Positions 1 to 10,829 of a DNA stretch of 64,000 bases are shown piece after piece (the first letter of the stretch is position 1; the number at the start of each line of letters is the position of its first letter). The stretch comes from Euglena gracilis (lineage: Eukaryota). The DNA lies in NCBI GenBank assembly GCA_039621445.1, contig CP154954.1:39827816-39891815 (forward strand). The letters run 5' to 3'. The notes below the pieces were generated by a model. That model was not told the DNA's origin and searched no databases. It saw only the letters and a program-made list of their open reading frames with translations. Made by a program: the position numbers and the translations under genes.

Positions 1-26
1 GGGGGTCATGTGCTGGTTGAAGCCCG

Positions 27-512
27 TCAGGTAGTCACAGCGTTCCGCGTGTTCACACAACAGTAGCACCTCCACTGGCCAGTGTGTTTCACTGCAACCC
101 TTGTCATCTCTGCCAAAAAAATTGGTTTTTGAGGGAAAGTCATGGACATGAGAGCCAGTTTTTTGCCGGTGGGTGCTAAACTCGGTGTTTCCACTGGGGC
201 ACCATTAAAACCGCCTGTGCCTGGTCTGCCTGGATTTTTTTTGATCTCGTCAGGGATCTTGTCGAACGGTGGGTTGATCCACAAGAGGCTGCCCTGCCAG
301 CTTTTTTGGAAGGCATCTGTGCCGTGCGGGCTTTCTGGTCCCCAACGATGCGGGAACCCATTGTCCTGTTCTGTGGCGAAGGCATCCACCTGTGGTTGCA
401 AACCGAAATGTGAGACGATTTTTTCCGCAAAAACGTCCTGCAGGTAGTACTGGTTGTTGATCCAACGGGACGCTGCCCGCCCAAACCTGCAGCTAGCCTC
501 CTCTCGTGGCAC
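27..512 (-). pseudogene. Dam-like (phage-type) DNA N6-adenine methyltransferase domain of a retrotransposon, frameshifted
   Basis: Reads YYLQD...VDAFATEQDN...DAFQKSWQGSLLWINPPFDKIP (NPPF at 264-275). After a frameshift in the T-run at 235-242 it continues KKIQADQAQAVLMVPQW. The motif order matches the DIRS MT domain elsewhere in this window (DLFAS..N, DAL, ANPPW, VLMVTPFW). Confidence 0.85.
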
Positions 513-688
513 CTGAGTCCTTGTGTTTTGTCTTTGTCTGTTTTGTGCTCTCCGGTCTAAACCCCTGGATCCCTTACCTCCCTCCGTTCGCTGTTTCTGC
601 TTGGTAAGGGCTGCTTTCTGTCCCTCGGTTCGGATTGTTTACTCAGAGAGTCGCCCCTCTCGGGCCCTTCCTCGATACCGCAGCCATT

Positions 689-1360
689 TCACTTCTGCCC
701 CTGAGCAGCAACCTGCTGTCCAGTCTGTGGTACTGCGGTTTTCTGTGTCCACCACGGTGGCTGTGGACACTTCCGTTTGAAATGTCCTGGCTGTTCACAG
801 TTGTAACACCGTCCTTCATCTGGAGGTGGTATGTATCTGGGCTGTCCGGCTGTCCCAGGGTTCTGTGTCGACTGCCAGGATGGTAGTCCTTTTCCTTAAT
901 TTTCTTTCACACTCCCCTTCCCAGACCCTTTTCCCTTGCCTTGGTCAGGATACGAACCCTGTCCATTGCGTTTTCCTTTCCCCTGGCTGTGATCCACAGC
1001 GGTCTAGACTGCCCAATTTTGGCCCAGATTTGTTGGTGGTCTGGGTTTTGTGGAATTGGAACGGGAATGGTCGGTGGGGTCTTTTTTGCTTCTGGTTCGA
1101 GAGGAATCAGTTTCCTTCACCTCCCGCACATACCCCCTTTTGTCGCTGGATTCGGTGTTCTCGTGGCTGGTTCTGCCACCGCCCGTAGGCAAAGAGTGTA
1201 CAAGTTTGCGTGGGACTCTGAACTGGATTCAAAGTGTCTGTCTTGTCTTCTGGGGTGCTGTGTGGGGAATTTTGGGAAGAGGACCCCTGAAGGCTGAAAA
1301 GTTGGATTTGGCCAGAAATCTGATGTGGTGAAATTATCTGGACACACTAGACCATCCCCC
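689..1360 (-). pseudogene. gag: Degenerate retrotransposon gag C-terminal region with CCHC zinc knuckle
   Basis: Manual minus-strand translation gives GKGK-rich sequence, an in-frame TAA, then GRCYNCEQPGHFKRKCPQPP (Cx2Cx4Hx4C at 767-808), ending at TGA 689-691. The knuckle-containing frame is missed by the ORF track. Confidence 0.8.
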
Positions 1361-1364
1361 AACT

Positions 1365-1753
1365 TGCAAGGCTCAACGGTCAATGTACAGTGTGTTGGAC
1401 CTAAAGGATGCTTTCCATCATGTACCCATGAGAAAGGAATCTCGACCCTGCACCTGCTGTAGTACACCAAGAGGAACAAAGCAGCGGAAAGTTGTGGTGA
1501 TGGGGATGAAAAACGGAGTCCCAATGTTCCAGAGGGTCCCTGAATACAGCCTGGAGGAGGTGGCAGAAACTGCCAACCCCTGCGTAGATGACATCATCCT
1601 AGGCACAGTTTGGCAGGGAACAGAAGAGGCAACAATTTTCCAACACGACAAGGACATCCGCAGAGTCATGAAGGCACTCAAGAAACAGCTGCTCGAAGCC
1701 GACATTAAAACATGTAAGTTTTTTGTTCATGAGGTGGAATTCTGCACACACAT
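1365..1753 (+). pseudogene. pol: Gypsy reverse transcriptase core
   Basis: SVLDLKDAFHHVP...VVVMGMKNGVPMFQR...NPCVDDIILG...KTCKFFVHEVEFC. The YxDD motif reads CVDD. Confidence 0.9.
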
Positions 1754-1945
1754 CCCCTTTTTCTCTAGTCCCCTTTTCACCTTGAGTTTTTCCATCAGGT
1801 CCGCTGCCAGTACGGCGTATCCTGGGATGTAGGAGGAGTAGTAGTTGTTGAATCCCAGGAATGCGCGGAGGGCTGTGATGGTTTTTGGTTCTTCCCACTT
1901 TTCAAGGGCCATCAGTTTTCCTGGGGTTGGTCTCCGTTGTCCTCC
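1754..1945 (-). pseudogene. pol: Locally inverted RT thumb/connection segment of the same pol
   Basis: The minus strand reads GGQRRPTP..KLMALEKWEEPKTITALRAFLGFNNYYSSYIPGYAVLAADLMEKLK. This is the segment missing between VEFC(T)H and GEKEHKAF on the plus strand. Confidence 0.85.
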
Positions 1946-2480
1946 TGTGTTTTTTTGGGGAGAAGGAACACAAGGCGTTCCAGGCCATCCAGCACAAACT
2001 GTTGGGCAGCATCAAACTGCGAACGGTCAACCCCGAAAAGCCGTTCATCTTCCGAGTGGATGCCAATGGCAGGGCTGTGGGGGGTGACTTGGAGCAGTTT
2101 GTGAAGGATGGATTGGGGAAACCATACACCACAACGACACAGACCAAGAAAACTGCCCCAGTGGCATTTTGTTCACGGAAATTGACACGGGGAAAGGTCA
2201 GGGTTTGGGCACAACGAGACAATGGAACATATGCGGTGATCCTGGCTCTTCAGAAATGGGCTGCGTGGATCGGTATGCAACCCGTGCTGGTCCTGACAGA
2301 TCACAAAGCAAACGAGTCTTGGGCCACAGAAAACCTGGACACAGCCACAGGGTTGTCGGGACGTAGGGCCACGTGGCACGAGCTCCTGTCAAAGTTTGAC
2401 TTTACGGTGGCTTATGTACCTTGGAAGGACAATGTAGTGGCTGACGCCTTGAGCAGGTGGGCCTATCCCCCCTCACAGGC
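1946..2480 (+). pseudogene. pol: Gypsy RNase H
   Basis: PFIFRVDANGRAVGG..PVAFCSRKL..YAVILALQKW..VLVLTDHK..VAYVPWKDNVVADALSR. Confidence 0.9.
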
Positions 2481-3009
2481 GTTTGCGGACGTCAGTGTGC
2501 ACGGTAGTGAGGAGAACGACCGCCTCATGCAAGAAATCATGGAACATGAAAGGAAGGAGGAAAGGGGCTGCTCAGAGGTTTCAATGAAGGAATTGCTCGA
2601 GGGACAGAAAAAATTGGGACACCCACCCCTCGTTGTGAGCGTCACAACAAGGGGAGGGGCCAAGACTGGTGAGGATTCGGCCACAACGAGCAAAGACACA
2701 CCAGGGAAGGAGACCTCCCAGAAAAAAATCAAAAATTTCTAAACCCAAGGACAGGAACACTTAAAGATACACAAGAAAAGGGAACCCCATAGTAATATAT
2801 GGCCAAGAGGGCAGCCAAAGAGGAAGACCCCCCTAGGCGAAGAACCTTAAAAGAGGACCCTGTGGACCCTCCAAAAACAGCAATTCCAGTGGACGACGTA
2901 CTCGAGGAAGGGCAGCGTCCCTCGTCTTCGACGAGCCTGCCTGTTCGACCTCCATCAAGGGGAGTGCACGACCCGGAGCTTCCACCGACAGGGTCGCAGT
3001 CGGTGATGG

Positions 3010-4200
3010 ACGAGGACTGGAGGAGCGGGTACAGGGGGTGCCCCAAGTGGAGCCCTGTGCTCAAGGGGTTGGAGGATTCAATGTTCAAAGAATGGCCTGA
3101 GGGCTTCCAAATTTAAAACGGAAGGCTCTGCAGATACGGCCTCCTGTGTGTGCAAGGGAAGTCACGGGGAGGGTCATCCCGGAACACCACAAAGCAGCGG
3201 GACACCCAGGGACTGAACGGCTGTGAAATCAGATGGGTCGGTGGTTTCTTTTCTCCAACCACCAGCACGCAAGAAAACTGACCAGCAGAATAATGGGGTT
3301 GTACGAAACGTGTCAGGTCACTGAACCAAACCATCAACCCTTCAAGTGTTTCGATATAACCAACACCGGTCCCGCCACACCTGATGGATAGTGTGGCGGT
3401 CGACGTCTTTGCACTAACGGAAACCACTTTTGAAGGGAAACGGGTCGACACTTTTGCACTTTGTGTGGACCGATTGAGTGGGTGGATGGATGCCAGCCCC
3501 CATCTTTGCAAGGGTCTCACGACAGAGAAGGTGGCCAAGGACATGTTTCGACAATGGGATCTGTTCGGAATACCCTCGGTGGTGAATTCCGACAGGGGTC
3601 CACAGTTCACAGCAGCCTGGTGGAAAACTCTGTGTGTGGAACACAATGTAAGGGTTGCCTGTGGGCAGGCTTACCAGCATCAGGCGAACGGAAGGGCAGA
3701 GGTATCCGGGCAGCAGGTGATGCGGAAATTTGCAAAACTCGCTGCAAAAAGCCGTGTCCCTTGGGTGGAACTCCTGCCACGGGCCCTGAGGGCCATTCAC
3801 GACGTAACGACGTAACGACCGGGCGAGGCTGGACTGTCCCCCCACGAAGTTGTTTTTGGACGACACCGACCGTTGCGTGGGATTCCGCACAAACCACAGC
3901 GGGAGGCTGAATGCGCGACAGAAGTCCTCAAATGAAGGAGGGAACAAGACAGGTGGGGGGCTCAAACGCTCAATTCAAAAAAGGAGGCTCGGAAAGAGGC
4001 CACAAACGACGTGGACCCCCAGCCTTGCAGACTGGTTCCAAGGTTTGGTACCAACCTGAACGACAGCCTGGAACCGACTAGTTGGAACCCAGGTGGAAAG
4101 GGCCAGCGGTGTTTTTGGAAAGAGTGGGAGACCACTCCTATGTGGTGGAGCTTCAACCGGGGAAGCGACAACTGGCCCACCGTTCCCAACTGAAACCACA
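3010..4200 (+). pseudogene. pol: Gypsy integrase (HHCC remnant, DDE core, GPY/F)
   Basis: EHHKAAGHPG...ETCQ zinc-finger remnant; AVDVF / NSDRGPQF / ANGRAE catalytic triad; LSPHEVVFGR; EPRWKGPAVFLERVGDHSYVV. An 8-bp duplication (gacgtaac, ~3801-3816) shifts the frame. Confidence 0.9.
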
Positions 4201-4282
4201 CGTGGACGACCTTTACTCGACCATCCCCATACCCTTGTATTTTTGGTGTGGAAAGACTCAAAAACTGGAAGTTCGACCTGGC

Positions 4283-4440
4283 GAGTGGGAGGTAGAAAGG
4301 GTGCTCAACCACCAACACGACAACGGGAAGACGGAATTTTGGCGCGGTGGAAAGGATTCGGGCCAGAACACGACCATTGGGAACAACTGGGTAGTTTTTT
4401 CTTTAGAATTTCAAGGATGTGGTTGCCCATTGGTTGGAGA
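4283..4440 (+). pseudogene. Chromodomain at the integrase C-terminus
   Basis: EWEVERVLNHQHDNGKTE / LARWKGFGPEHDHWEQLGSF across a frameshift. Confidence 0.8.
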
Positions 4441-5064
4441 ACGGGGTGGATTTAGACGCAAAGGAGGAGATGATGAAATGGCAAGGTTTCTTGTCTTCTT
4501 CATCCCAGATTCCCTCACAGATGGCCCGCTAACACCCACACCAACAACCCCAACATCACCATCCCTGCTTTCGATTTCAACCCCTTCAACGCCCACCCCC
4601 TCCCGAGTACCAGCCACCCCCAGCCCCCGACTTCGTCATCCCAACCCTCCAACCCCCACCCCAACGCAAGGCCTTTGAGGCCGTTCTTCCCCCCTATGCC
4701 AGCTGCTGGAGAACACCCACACTCACAGCTACCCAGCCAGCAAGCAGCCCTCCCCCAGCCGCACACATACCCACCCCAATAGCAACCCAGCCCACCACAA
4801 CAATGACACCCTCCCCGAAGGAGCGCTGACACACCACCTGAAGGAGCCCCTGCAGCCCCCGTTCCCTCAGCCCCCCCCCCTGTGCCTGGGAACCACGGAC
4901 CGAAGCTCGTCCCCCCCCCGGCGTCGCCGACCTCTGCCTCCTTTGACGACGAGTCGCCCCCGCGACGCCCCACCCCCTGGTTCCTCAAAGACCTCTGGGG
5001 CTAGCTCCCCCCTGGAGGCTCCCTTCCCCCCTAATATTCGGCTGCCAGGGTAATAATTAGTAGA

Positions 5065-6769
5065 ATGAGAAGAGAAGACAAGACAAGAGACAAGAGAAGA
5101 CAAGAAGAGAAGAGAGAGAAGAGAAGAGAAGAGAAGAGAGAGAGAGAGAAGAGAAGAGAAGAGATAAGAGAAGAGAAGAGAAGAGAAGAGAAGAGAAGAG
5201 AAGAAGAGAAGAGAAGAGAAGAGAAGAGAAGAAAGAGAAGAGAAGAGAAGAGAGAGAGAAGAGAGAAGAGAAGAGAAGAAGAGAGAGAAGAGAGAAAGAG
5301 AAGGAGAAGAGAAAGAGAGAGAAGAGAAGAGAAAGGAGAAGAGAAGAGAGAGAAGAGAAGAGAAGAGAAGGCGAAGAGAAGAGAAGAGAAGAGAAGAGAA
5401 GAGAAGAGAAGAGAAGAGAAAGAAGAGAAGAGAAGAGAAAGAAGAGAAGAGAAAGAAGAGAGAGAAGAGAAGGAAGAAAGAGGGAGAAGAAGAGAAGAGA
5501 AAGAGAGAGAAGAGAAGAGAAGAGAAGAGAAGAGAAGAGAAGAAAAAGAAGAGAAGAGAAGGGGAGAGAAAGAGAGAAGAGAAGAGAAGAAAGAGAAAGG
5601 AAGAAAGAGAAGGGGAAGAGGAGAGAGAAGAGAAGAAGAAAGAGAAGAGAAGAGAGGAGAAGAAAAAAAGAGAAGAGAAGAGAAGAGAAGAGAAGAGAAG
5701 AGAAGGAGAAGAGAAGAGAAGAGAAGAAAGAGAAGGGAAGAAAGAGAAGAAAAGAAGAGAAGAGAAGAAAGAAGAGGAGAAGAGAAGAGAAGAGAAGAGA
5801 AGAGAAGAGAAGAGAAGATAAGAGAAGGGGGGGGGAGAAGGAAGAGAAGAGAAGAGAAGAGAAGAGAAGAGAAGAAGAGAAGAGAGAGAGAAAGAGAAGA
5901 GAAGAAAAGAGAAGGGGAGAAGAGAAGAGAGAAGAGAAGAGAAGGAAGAGGAGAGAAGAGGGAGAAGAGAAGAGAAGAGAAGAGAAGAGGGAAGAGAAGA
6001 GAAGAGAGAAGAGAAGGAAGGAAGAGAGAAGGGGGGGGAAGGGGGGAGAAGGGGGGGGGGAAGGGGGGGGAGAGGGGGAGAAGGGGGGAGGAAGGGAAAG
6101 AGGAGGGGGGGGGGGGGGGGGGGGAGAGGAGGGGGGGGGAGGGGGGGGTGGGGGGGGGGGGGGAGAAGAAGAGAAGAGAAGGGGAGGGAGAAGAGAAGAG
6201 AAGGAGAAGAGAAGAGAAGAGAAGAGAAGAGAAGAGAAGAGAAGAGAATAAGAGAAGAGAAGAGAAGAGAAGGAAGGAAGAGAAGAGAAGAGAAGAAAGA
6301 GAAGAAAGAGAAGAGAAGAAAGAAGAAAAGAGAAGACAAAAGAAGAGAAAGAGAAGAGAGAGAAGAGAAGAGAAGAGAAGAGAAGAGGAGAGAGAAGAGA
6401 AGAGAAGAGGAAGAGAAGAGAAGAGAAGAGAAGAGAAGAGAAGAGAAGAGAAGAGAAGAGAAGATAAGAGAAGCGAAGAGAAGTGAAGAGAAGAGAAGAG
6501 AAGAGAAGAGAAGAGAAGAGAAGAGAAGAGAAGAGAAGAGAAGAGAAGAGAAGAGAAAGAGAAGAGAAGAGAAGGAGAAGAGAAGAGAAGAGAAGAGAGA
6601 GAAGAGAAGAGAAGAGAAGAGAAGAGAAGAGAAGAGAAGAGAAGAGAAGAGAAGAGAAGAGAAGAGAAGAGAAGAGAAGAGAAGAGAAGAGAGAAGAGAT
6701 ATACAAGAGAAAGATAAGAGAAGACAAGAGAAAGAGAAGAGAAGAGAAGAGAAGAGAAGAGAAGAGAAG
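5065..6769. repeat. (AGAAG)n homopurine microsatellite, ~1.7 kb
   Basis: Direct reading. ACAAG variants occur near both ends and there is a noisy G-rich middle (6030-6165). Confidence 0.97.
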
Positions 6770-6876
6770 ATAATATAATATAATATATAATATAATATAA
6801 CATAATATAGTATAGTATAGTATAATATAATATAGTATAATATAATATAATATAATATAATATAATATAATATAAG
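6770..6876. repeat. (ATAAT)n microsatellite
   Basis: Direct reading; abuts the AGAAG tract in the same 5-bp register. Confidence 0.95.
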
Positions 6877-7243
6877 ACTTACCTTTGACCCCATTTGCCC
6901 CGGAAAGGCGTTTTTGCCTTTTTCTGGTGCGCACCTACTTAGGTGAGGAAAAATCTTTGGAGTAGCAAAACCCTTTTCCCCAATTCCCCTATAGTAAGGA
7001 AGAGCACAAGACAAGTCGCTGTGTAAATACTTTCATTCACAGTCGTGTTCAGTTTGTTCTGAGGATTTTCCTCTTGCATGGAAAGAACCAGAATATGAAA
7101 AATAGAATACCACCTGTGAGGAAAACAAATCACGCGAGCACGTGTGATACGTATCGCTAATTACCATAGGATCTACCACGATCTTCAGGCTGTGCTAATC
7201 ACAGATGCCACATTATAACGGATCCAGACTCTGCATGTTTCCG

Positions 7244-7924
7244 TCATAGCTGGGATCGAGCCTGGTACAGAGTTTCCCCCTTGTCCTCCACTGCCACTTT
7301 GGGGGCATCCTCCTGGGGCTGTAACCGTACATTGAAACCCCCTGCTGGGGGACAGCCTTTTAGCTTCTGGGGTTTTCCTCCTTCTTGTAATTGATAGAGC
7401 CAGTGGCCTTGTAATTGTTGATGTTGTTGATGATAAATCTGGCCCCACCAGGCCACATGGCCGTCACTGGGGGGGGGGGGTTTGGGCTGTGAAAATTCTG
7501 GGGTGGGGGGCTGGGTAGGAAGAACGGCCACGGTTTGCAACGTGATGACCGCATCTCCAAGGCCTCCAGCTGCTGCGGCAAGTCCTCCAGGACGCCCGTG
7601 GCCACATAATTCAAATTTCTTCTCCACTGCATTGCTCATCGAAGTCGATATTGAAATTTGACAATTGAATTGTCAATTGATATTCGTCTGGTTCGTGTTC
7701 TTCTGGATATTGAATTGATATTGACTTCTTGTCTCCGTTCTTCTTCGTTCGTGAACTCTGTTCCTTTCTTCTGGGTGTCGAAGGGCAAGTTAGGAATCAG
7801 CCAACTCCGGCGAAAGAAGGCTCTGAGGGGGACCTCCTAACCCAGCGCAGCGAACAATCACACAACAAACCGCCGGCGAGCAATGCATGGCCTCACAATG
7901 GCAAAGTGCGGAGCCCGAGGTGTC
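7244..7924 (-). mobile_element. Inverted 5' fragment of the DIRS element (left LTR + start of ORF1)
   Basis: 7460-7924 is the reverse complement of 9150-9612. It starts exactly at the left terminus (GACACCTCGG) at 7924. Confidence 0.85.
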
Positions 7925-9149
7925 AATTCAATTCTCAATTATCCAAGGCCCAAGCCCGTAATGCCTACAGTGCTATGCTTTTGATTCCTGGGTTTGGTGG
8001 GCTGAAATTCCACACCCTATTGACCCCTGAAAAGAGGCTTTGGAGCCAAAACCTTGAGACGTATGGTGCATTTTAGGACCCCCTCCCAATCCTCCTGGGG
8101 CTGGCAAAGGCGCCTATGCCCACTGATAGTTGTACTCTTGCTACACAGCTTATTTTTTGCTCAAGAATCCTCTGTTTATTCCGATCCTCGGACTCATCGC
8201 AAGTCAAACGAACCACCAGTGTGTCGGGTAGGGCACCATAAATCAAGATTAAGCGTAAAGAACAGAAATTCCATAAATGGGAAAGGGTTGCGTCCATTCC
8301 CCAGTGTCCCCAAATAAGCCCATTTCATTTGCTGATGTGCTATGAGGCTGCTACACGTTTATTTGTCAGACTTGGGGCTCCCTCCTAATTTCATTAAAAC
8401 CTCCTTCAGGGCCGTAAGTGCAGACATCATTGCTTTTAGCAAAAAAAAACTTTTTGGCAAAACAAGGTGTACCCCCCAAGGTATGGGGGGCCCACCCCGC
8501 CAGAGGGGCTGGGGTTGGTTTACTCAAAAAATTGGGCCTTTCTGCCCAAGAAGTTTGTGAAATTGGGCAGTGGAGGGGGGGGTGGAAACTTTTACAGCCC
8601 ACTATCAACGGCTTGGTGCCCAAGGTACCCTGCACAATGCCCTGGCCCCCCTAATTTCAGTACAAAATCTGGACTCACGAGGGCAAAGTGCCGAGCCCGA
8701 GGTGTCTCGTACTCCCTCCAGACAAAACGACAAGGGAGGAAGGAACACCGAGGGCGAAGCGCAAAGACCTTGTGAGCTTGGCCCCCCCACCCGTAGAAGA
8801 AAATTTGTGCTCAAAAGCCCTCGGTCAGAGAGCGGGGGCCAGGGTGGGAGAGGGGGGACATCCCCCAAGGGCAAGAAGCTGCGGCGCCCAGTCGGAGCAG
8901 CATCGTCAGCCAACTCCGGCGAGGCGGGACTAAGCGGGACCTCCTGACCCAGCGAACCAGAACAATCCAGTCAGCACCGCCCGCGAGCAAGGCGTGGCCT
9001 CGCAAGGTCTCGTGCACCCTGAGGGAAAACCGACAACGGATGAAGGGACACCGAGGGCGAAGCACAAAGACCTTGTGAGGCCCTGCGCCCTCAGTGTCCC
9101 TTCCTCCCTTGTCGGTTTTGCCCGCGAGGTGAACCGGAGGCCTTTTTGG
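7925..9149 (+). mobile_element. Diverged DIRS 3' fragment: tyrosine recombinase remnant, ICR and rearranged right LTR
   Basis: SKAQARNAYSAMLLIPGFGGL...WGAH...RGAGVGLLKKLGLSAQEVCEIGQW, followed by ICR and LTR homologous to 13533-13937. Confidence 0.85.
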
Positions 9150-9276
9150 GACACCTCGGTCTCCGCACTTTGCCATTGTGAGGCCATGCCTTGCTCGCCG
9201 GCGGTTTGTTGTGTGATTGTTCGCTGCGCTGGGTTAGGAGGTCCCCCTCAGAGCCTTCTTTCGCCGGAGTTGGCTG
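9150..9276 (+). repeat. DIRS left inverted terminal repeat
   Basis: GACACCTCGG...GGAGTTGGCTG is the reverse complement of 13533-13568 joined to 13775-13869. Confidence 0.85.
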
Positions 9277-9285
9277 ATTCCTAAC

Positions 9286-10422
9286 TTGCCCTTCGACACC
9301 CAGAAGAAAGGAACAGAGTTCACGAACGAGGAAGAACTGAGAAAAGACATCAATCTCAATTCAATATCCAGAAGAACACGCTCCAGACTAAAATCAATTG
9401 ACAATTCAATTGTCAAATTTCAATATCAACTTCGATGAGCAATACAGTGGAGAAGAAATTGCAATTATATGGCCACTGGCGTCCTGGAGGAGTGGCCGCA
9501 GCAGCTGGAGACCTTGGAGATGCGGTCATCACGTGGAAAACGGTGGCCGTTCTTCCCACCCAGCCCCCCACCCCAGAAATTTCACAGCCCAAACCCCCCC
9601 CCAGTGACGGCCACGGTCCTTGGACCACTGTGGCCAGAAGGCCCAGAAGACAGAAGCTAGCCCCAGCCGTTGGTGGGCAAAGACTGGTCCATGGGGGCCA
9701 GAAATGCTTCACAATTGGACAATCAAAGCCCACCCATCAGGGGCTTCTCCCCCAAAAAACAAATTAGCCAGAAGATGGGGAGATGGAATCAAGGTCAAGG
9801 AGGTCAACACCACAGTGGCCATGGGGGCGAGTTTCAAAACAAATACCCTCAGGAAGGGGCAGAAAAGGTCTGTTTAACCCGCCCACACCATCTATCACAA
9901 CTGCCCCTCTCAAGGGGACAAGGGGGGGCCACAGCAGCCCCCGCGGATTTCCAATGGGGTTGGAGGCCAAGAAGAAATCAAGGCCTGGAAGACCACAAGA
10001 TGGATTATGGAAATAAACTTATACATGGAAACCTTGGAGACCAGCAGGGTGGACCCACAGTGGCCACCAAGAAGCTAAGGAACCAGCAGGGTGGACCCAC
10101 AGTGGCCACCAAGAATCTAAGGATGCTGCTGGAGAAATCCCCCGAGGGACCCACAGTGGCCCTCTGCCAACAATGGGGCAAAAAGGGACCCACAGTGGCC
10201 CTTTCAATGACCCAGCCCCAGGAGGAAAAGGGACCCACAGTGGCCCTGTCAAGGAACCAGCCCCCAGGGGCAAAGGGACCCACAGTGGCCCTTTTGGAGG
10301 GAGGGGCAGAAACCCCTCCAACATTTATTTCTCAATTCCCGAACAATCAATCAAGGGGGGGACCCACAGAGGCCCCCTATGGTATGTCAACCAACCAAAT
10401 CCACATGGAGAAGACCAGATAG
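9286..10422 (+). pseudogene. DIRS ORF1 (gag-position), broken, with in-frame GPTVA repeats
   Basis: Lies between the left LTR and RT and is low-complexity. No diagnostic gag motif was seen. Confidence 0.5.
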
Positions 10423-10829
10423 GCCGAACAGGGGCATTAAGCCCTATGGTATGTCTTCCAACAACAAGATCATCCAGAGAGGTGAGAAGAGAGGGAGAGA
10501 GTGCATGCACATCCCCCGAGAAAAAATTTCTTTTTACAAGGGCCCAAGCCCTAGGGGACCTAGGGGTGCAATGTCCAACACCCCCAACCCAGCCCCCCCA
10601 GAATCATCTTACCCAGAAAATAAATTAAATGGAGGGACTATGGGGAGACACCCCCTCCATCAAAGGTTGCAAAAAAGCCTAAAATGTCCAACATCTGCAC
10701 CCCAGCCCCCCCCAAAATCATCTTATCCAGGACTAAAAATGGGGAGACACCCCCCTCCATCAAAGGCTGCAAAAAAACTTGAAATGGAGGGCAAAAAATC
10801 CCCCCCAACAACATGTCAACTAATCAGGG

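Larger units (their letters stand above)
1365..4480 (+). mobile_element. pol: Ty3/gypsy-type chromodomain-bearing LTR retrotransposon pol region, degenerate
   Basis: Domain order RT-RNase H-integrase-GPY/F-chromodomain, with multiple stops and frameshifts. No LTR was recognised. Confidence 0.9.

Noticed and set aside
4480-5060. Pro-rich frames after the chromodomain, and a possible PPT/3' LTR start near 4460-4480
   Set aside because: Low complexity with stops and no second LTR copy to confirm; left unassigned.
4867-7014. Long S/L/F-rich and R/E/K-rich ORFs (473-715 aa)
   Set aside because: They are translations of the (AGAAG)n microsatellite, which lacks stop codons.
10051-10375. Repeat-spacer pattern resembling a mini-CRISPR
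   Set aside because: The repeats are only ~15 bp, the spacers are related to each other and everything is in frame within DIRS ORF1.
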